64,000 nucleotides of DNA, from the NCBI GenBank assembly GCA_038087875.1, contig JAXLNO010000385.1, positions 744,001 to 808,000 on the forward strand, read 5' to 3'. Below the pieces are notes generated by a model. That model was not told the DNA's origin. It saw nothing but the letters and a program-made list of their open reading frames with translations, and did no database searches. Made by a program: the position numbers and the translations under genes. Shown here one piece after another: positions 58,701 to 64,000 of the stretch. Within the stretch, counting starts at the first letter, position 1, and each line of letters opens with the position of its first letter. Source of the DNA: Malacoraja senta (taxonomy: Eukaryota).

Positions 58701-59978
58701 CATCGATTACAGCTCAGCATTCAACACCATCATACCCTCTAAACTGATCACCAAACTCGGTGACCTGGGCATCGACCCCTCCTTCTGCAACTGGATACTG
58801 GACTTTTTAACCAACAGACCCTAGTCTGTTAGGTTAGACAACCACACCTCTTCAACCCTCACCCTGAACACCGGCGTTCCACAGGGTGTGCTGAGCCCCC
58901 TCCTCTACTGCCTCTTCACCTATGACTGCACACCTGTACATGGTACTAACACCGTCATCAAGTATGCAGATGATATAACGGTGATTGGCCTCATCAGTAA
59001 CAACGATGAGTCGGCCTATAGGGAGGAGGTCCAGCTCCTAGCAGCATGGTGCGCTGTGAACAACCTGGCCCTTAACTCCAAGAAGACCAAGGAGCTCATT
59101 GTAGACTTCAGGAAGTCTAGGGGAGGCACGCACACCCCCATCCACATTAACGGGACGGAGGTGGAACGTGTTTCCAGCTTCAGGTTCCTGGGGGTCAACA
59201 TCTCCGATGACCTCTCTTGGACCCACAATACCTCAACTCTGGTCAAGAAGGCTCACCAGCGCCTCTTCTTCCTGAGGAGACTAAAGAAGGTTCAACTGTC
59301 TCCTCAGATTCTGGTGAACTTCTACCGCTGCACCATCGAGAGCATCCTTACCAACTGTATCACAGTATGGTATGGCAACTGCTCTGTCTCCGACCGGAAA
59401 GCACTGCAGAGGGTGGTGAAAATTGCCCAACGTATCACCGGTTCCTTACTCCCCTCCATTGAGTCTGTCCAAAGCAAGGGATATCTGCGAAGGGCTCGCA
59501 GCATCGTCATGGACTGCTCACACCCCAACCACAGACTGTTTACCCTCCTCCCATCCGGGAGGCGCTACAGGTCCCTCCGTTGCCGGACCAGCAGGTTCAG
59601 GAACAGCTTCTTCCCTGCAGCTGTTACACTACTCAACACTGTACCTCGGTGATTGCCAGTCACCCCCCCCCCGGACCCTCCTCCCACCAGGATTTATTAG
59701 ATTTATTTATTGCTCATGTCGCTCTTCTAGGGAGATGCTAACTGCATTTCGTGGTCTCTGTACTGTACACTGCACAATGACAATAAAGTTGAATCTGAAT
59801 CTGAATCTGAATCTGAAGGCAAAACTGTGTCAACAGCATTCCATCTACACAACAATGAAGCTAAGCGAGAGCTAGCTGTCTTCGTTAACAACAGGCGCTT
59901 GGACTTCGAACAAACACCCACTTACCTCGCCGTGGGTGTTTGTTGCTTCAAAGGTTTATGCTTCACTAACAAGAAGTA
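55793..59978 (+). mobile_element. Vingi/Ingi-type LINE (right arm), split by a Rex1
   Basis: EN and RT motifs including [10 protein letters not shown] and YADD; TSD GGTAGAAATAC at 55782 and 59979. Confidence 0.8.
57320..59814 (+). mobile_element. Rex1/Babar LINE, 5'-truncated (right arm only)
   Basis: [38 protein letters not shown]; tail TGACAATAAA(GAATCT)n; GAAG on both sides; empty site at ~50003. Confidence 0.93.
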
Positions 59979-61167
59979 GGTAGAAATACGTCATCCTCAA
60001 TTCCAATCAATACGGGAGCACCGCAAGGCTGCGTGCTCAGCCCCCTGCTCCACTCACTCCATACTCATGACTGTGTAGCCGGACACAGTGCGAACTCCAT
60101 CTTCAAGCTCATCGACAACACCACCATTGTTGGGCGAATTACAGATGGTGATGAGTGTGAAAGAAGTGAGATCGACCGATTGGCCAAATGATGCCAGCAC
60201 AATAACCTGGCTCTCAATATCAGTAAAACCAATGAACTGATTGTGGCCTTTTGAAGAGGAAGAATGAGGTTCCACAATCCCGTTTATATCAACGGGACGA
60301 TGGTGGAGAGAGTGAACATTTTCAAATTCCTCGCGTGCATATTTCCGAAGATCTTTCCTGGACCCAGCAGACTGATGCAATTATATATAAAGCATATCAA
60401 CGCCTCTACTTCCTGAGAAGATTACGGAGATTAGGTGCGTCAAAGAGGATTCTCTTGAACATCTACAAGTGTAAAGTGGAGAACATATTGTCTGGTTGCA
60501 TTATGGCCTGGTTCGACAACTGCCCAGTCCATCACCGGCTGTGACCTCCCCACCATTGAAGGGATTTACCGGACTCGATCCCGCAAAAAAGAATTTGCCT
60601 TGGTGCTCCGCCCGCAAGTCGTACTCGAACTCGAACTCGAGTTCGAGATCGTGTTCGAGATAGAGTACGAGTTCGAGTGCGAATTCGAATTCGATATCAA
60701 GATCGAGTTCGAGATAGACTTCGCGTTTGAGTTCGAGAGAGAGTTCGAGTTCGAGTTAGAGTTGACGGAATGCATGAATGAATGAATGAATATTTATTGG
60801 CCACGTTTATCGTACAAGGAGTTTACCTTGGTGCTCCGCCCGTAAGTCGAAATCCAACTCGAGTTCGAGATCGAATTCGAATTCGAGTTCGAGATAGATT
60901 TCGAGTTCGAGTTCGAGATAGATTTCGATTTCGAGATAAAGTTCGAGGTCGAGATAGTTCGAGTTCGAATTCGAGTTTTAGCTAGAGATAGAGTTCGAGT
61001 TCAAGATAGAGTTCGAGTTCGAGTTCAAGATAAAGTTCGAGATCGAGTTTGATATCGAGTTTGCGTTCGAGATAGTTCGAGATAGAGTTCAAGTTCGAGA
61101 GAGAGTTCGAGATATTTCGAGTTCGAGATAAGAGTTCGAGTTCGAGTTTTAGTTAGAGAGAGAGTTA

Positions 61168-61739
61168 AAGGCCTGTCTCACGAATCTGCGGTCATTGGCG
61201 GCGAAACGGGAAGAATCTGCCGCCATAGACCGCGTACTCGTGAGAACGCACAATTCCGGGGCCGTGCGGCGGTGTTCCCAACACCGCACGGTGCTAAAAT
61301 AAAACCTACAATGTTGAAAACTATATTCTTACCGCACGAGTGATGCACGAGTGCGGCACGACTGCCCGCACGGGCCGCCGCCAGTGGCTCGAGCGCCGTG
61401 CGTCAAACTTTCACTGCCACAGCATCCGCCAGTGAGGCACGAGTGCGGCACGGCCGCAGGCACAGCCACCGCTACAGCGCCGCGATCAGGACGGCCGCCG
61501 CCACAGCCGCCGCTAGTGAGTCACGTGCGGCGGGCCGACGTCATCGCAGTCGGCCCGCCCTTTTTTTTATTTACCGCAAGCAGGTGGGACCAGCCGTATT
61601 TGAATTACTCGGCCCCCGCGCAGCATCCGTGCGGCGCTCCCGTGGATAGGCTCGGCGCTCTCGCCGTTGCCGTGCGGCCCTCTCTACCGGCGACGCCGCG
61701 CTTCACCGCCGATGACCACAAACAGGTAAGACAGAGCCT
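61168..61739. mobile_element. PIF/Harbinger-type MITE, second family (right arm only)
   Basis: Degenerate TIR AAGGCCTGTCTCAC / GTAAGACAGAGCCT, subterminal inverted match, TTA TSD. Confidence 0.75.
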
Positions 61740-62164
61740 TTAGAGATAGAGTTCGAGAGAGTGTTCGAGAGAGAGTTCGAGATAGATTTCCAGATCGATT
61801 TCGAGTTCGAGAGAGAGTTAGAGTTCGTGATAGTTCGCGTTCAAGATAGAGTTCGAGTTCAAGTTCGCATTCGAGTTCGAGATCGAGATGGAGTTCAAGA
61901 TAGAGTTCGAGTTTGAGTTCGAGAGAGAGAGAGAGAGAGAGAGTTGACTGAATGCATGAATAAATGAATGAATAAGTTTATTAACCATGTATTCACATAC
62001 AATGAATTTGCCTTGATGCTCCGCCCTCAAGTCGTTCGAGTTCTGGATATTCATGATAGTTCGAGTTAGAGTTAGAGTTCAAGATATTCGTGATAGAGTT
62101 AACTCGAACTCTATCTTGAACTCGAAATCTATCTCTAGCTAAAACTCGAATTCGAGTTCGAGTT

Positions 62165-63433
62165 CAATAGACAATAGACAATAGACAATAGACAATAGGT
62201 GCAGGAGTAGGCTATTTGGCCCTTCGAGCCAGCACCGCCATTCAATGTGATCATGGCTGATTATCCCCAATCAGTACCCCGTCCCTGCCTTCTCCCAATA
62301 TCCCCTGACTCCGCTATTTTTATGATCCCGATCTAGCTCTCTCTTGAAAGCATCCAGAGAACCTGCCTCCACCGCCCTCTGAGGCAGAGAATTCCACGAA
62401 CTCACCACTATCTGTGAGAAAAAGCGTTTTTTCGTCTCCGTTCTAAATGGCTTACTCCTTATTATTAAACTGTGGTCCATGGTTCTGGACTCCCCCAACA
62501 TCGGGAACATATTTCCTGCCTCTAGCGTGTCCCAGCCCTTAACAATCTTATATGTTTCAATGAGATATCCTCTCATCCTTCTAAACTCCAAAGTGTCCAA
62601 GCCCAGCTGCTCCATCCTGGGAATTAACTAAGCTGCACTCCCTCAATAGCAAGAATGTACTTCCTCAAATTAGGGGACCAAAACGGCACACAATATTCCA
62701 GGTGTGGTCTCACTAGGGCTCTGTAAAACTGCAGAAGGACCTCTTTGCTCCTATATTCGATTCCTCTTGTTATAAAGGCCAACATGCCATTCGCTTTCTT
62801 CACTGCCTGCTGTATCTGCATTTTTACTTTCATAGACTGGTGTACAAGGACCCCCAGATCCCGTTGTACTTCCTCTTTTCCCAACTTGACGCTAGTTAGA
62901 TAGAAATCTGCCTTCCTGTTTTTGCTACCAAAGTGGATAACCTCACATTTATCCGAATTGAACTTCATCTGCCATGCATCTGCCCACTCCCCAACCTGTC
63001 CAAATCACCCTGCATTCTCATAGCATCCTCCTCCCAGTTCACACTGCCACCCAGCTTTGTGTTATCTGCAAATTGTCTAATGTTACTTTGAATCCCTTCA
63101 TCCAAATCATTGATGTATATTATAAATAGCTGAGGTCGCAGCACCGAGCCTTTCGGTACCACACTAGTCACTGCCTGCCATTCTGAAAGGGACCCGTTAA
63201 TGCTTATTCTTTGTTTCCTGCCTGCCAACCACTTCTCTATCCATGTCAGCACTGTACCCCCAATACCATGTGCCCTAATTTTGCCCACTAATCTCCTATG
63301 TGGGTCCTTATCAAATGCTTTCTGAAAGTCCAGGTACACTACATCCACGGGCTCTCCCTTGTCCATTTTCCCAGTTACATCTTCAAAATATTCCAGTAGA
63401 TTAATCAAGCATGATTTCCCCTTCGTAAATCCA
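62165..63433 (-). mobile_element. CR1 LINE (right-arm mirror of 47247-48533)
   Basis: Same 5' truncation point and tail. Confidence 0.93.
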
Positions 63434-64000
63434 AGTTGGAGTTGGAGTTGGAGTTCGAGATAGATTTGAGGGTCGAGATAGAATTCGAGTTCGAGATAGT
63501 TCGAGTTAGAGTTCAAGTTCGAGCTCGAGTTCGAGTTAAATGAATGAATGAATGAATGAATGAATGAATGAATGAATACGTTTATTGGCCAAGTATTCAC
63601 ATACAAGGAATTTGCCTTGGTGCTCCGGCCGTAACTTGAACTCCAACTCGAGTTCGAGATAGATAGTTTTCGAGTTCGAGATGGCGTTCGTGATAGAGTT
63701 CGTGTTAGAGTTCGAGTTCAAGTTGGAGTTGGAGTTGGAGTTGGAGTTCGAGATCGAGTTCGAGTTCGAGTTTGGGAGAGAGTTCGAGATAGCGTTAGAG
63801 TTCGAATTCGAATTCGAGTTCGAGATCGTGTTCGAGATAGAGTTCAAGTTCTAGAGAGATTTCGAGATAGACTTCGAATTCGAGATAGAATTCGAGTTCG
63901 AGATAAAGTTTGTGATGGAGTTCGAGTTCGAGATAGTGTTCGGGTTCGCGTTCAAGTTCGAGCTCGAGTTAGAGTTGAATGAATGAATGAATGAATAAAT

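Larger units (their letters stand above)
54643..60590 (+). mobile_element. Rex1/Babar host copy (right arm) with nested Tx1, Vingi and Rex1
   Basis: Mirror of 49222-53057. Confidence 0.85.
46540..64000. repeat. Large diverged inverted duplication (fold-back), centre ~54565
   Basis: Satellite, CR1, Rex1, Vingi and Tx1 pieces mirrored with shared junctions. Confidence 0.93.
60591..64000 (-). repeat. Composite satellite, inverted orientation (with MITE and CR1)
   Basis: Reverse-complement cores at ~60600, 60830, 62015 and 63615. Confidence 0.95.

Noticed and set aside
60591..64000. Telomeric or telomere-variant array
   Set aside because: The unit is GAGTTC-type with no TTAGGG runs
46540..64000. 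Giant DNA transposon with long TIRs carrying the ERV
   Set aside because: Arms are nested LINE and satellite debris that meet at a ~56-bp centre; no transposase is present

Overview
Gene-poor vertebrate heterochromatin-like window, almost entirely transposable elements and satellite. The element families suggest a cartilaginous fish such as a skate or ray (inference). No intact host gene is present. From left to right: a near-complete L1 joined tail-to-tail with a decayed Tx1 whose 5' end sits in a (TC)n tract; purine/pyrimidine tracts containing one decayed USP5 exon; three decayed Gypsy copies (one has LTRs, a TSD and an internal inversion); an AFC-like SINE; Rex1/Babar, CR1, Crack/Daphne-like, Vingi and L2 LINE pieces; two Harbinger-type MITEs; and an ERV-L-like class III retroviral fragment. 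About 40 units of a composite satellite (GAACTC-type hexamer array, then a fold-back, a ~60-bp core resembling a Rex1 LINE 3' tail, and (ATTC)n) form the matrix. The right 17.5 kb is a diverged fold-back inverted duplication whose true spacer is only ~56 bp. Inside it, a Rex1 copy carries two different Tx1 insertions at the same 14-16 bp site, suggesting a Tx1 lineage that targets another LINE. There is a 200-N gap at 22752-22951. Family assignments come from recalled motifs, not database searches.
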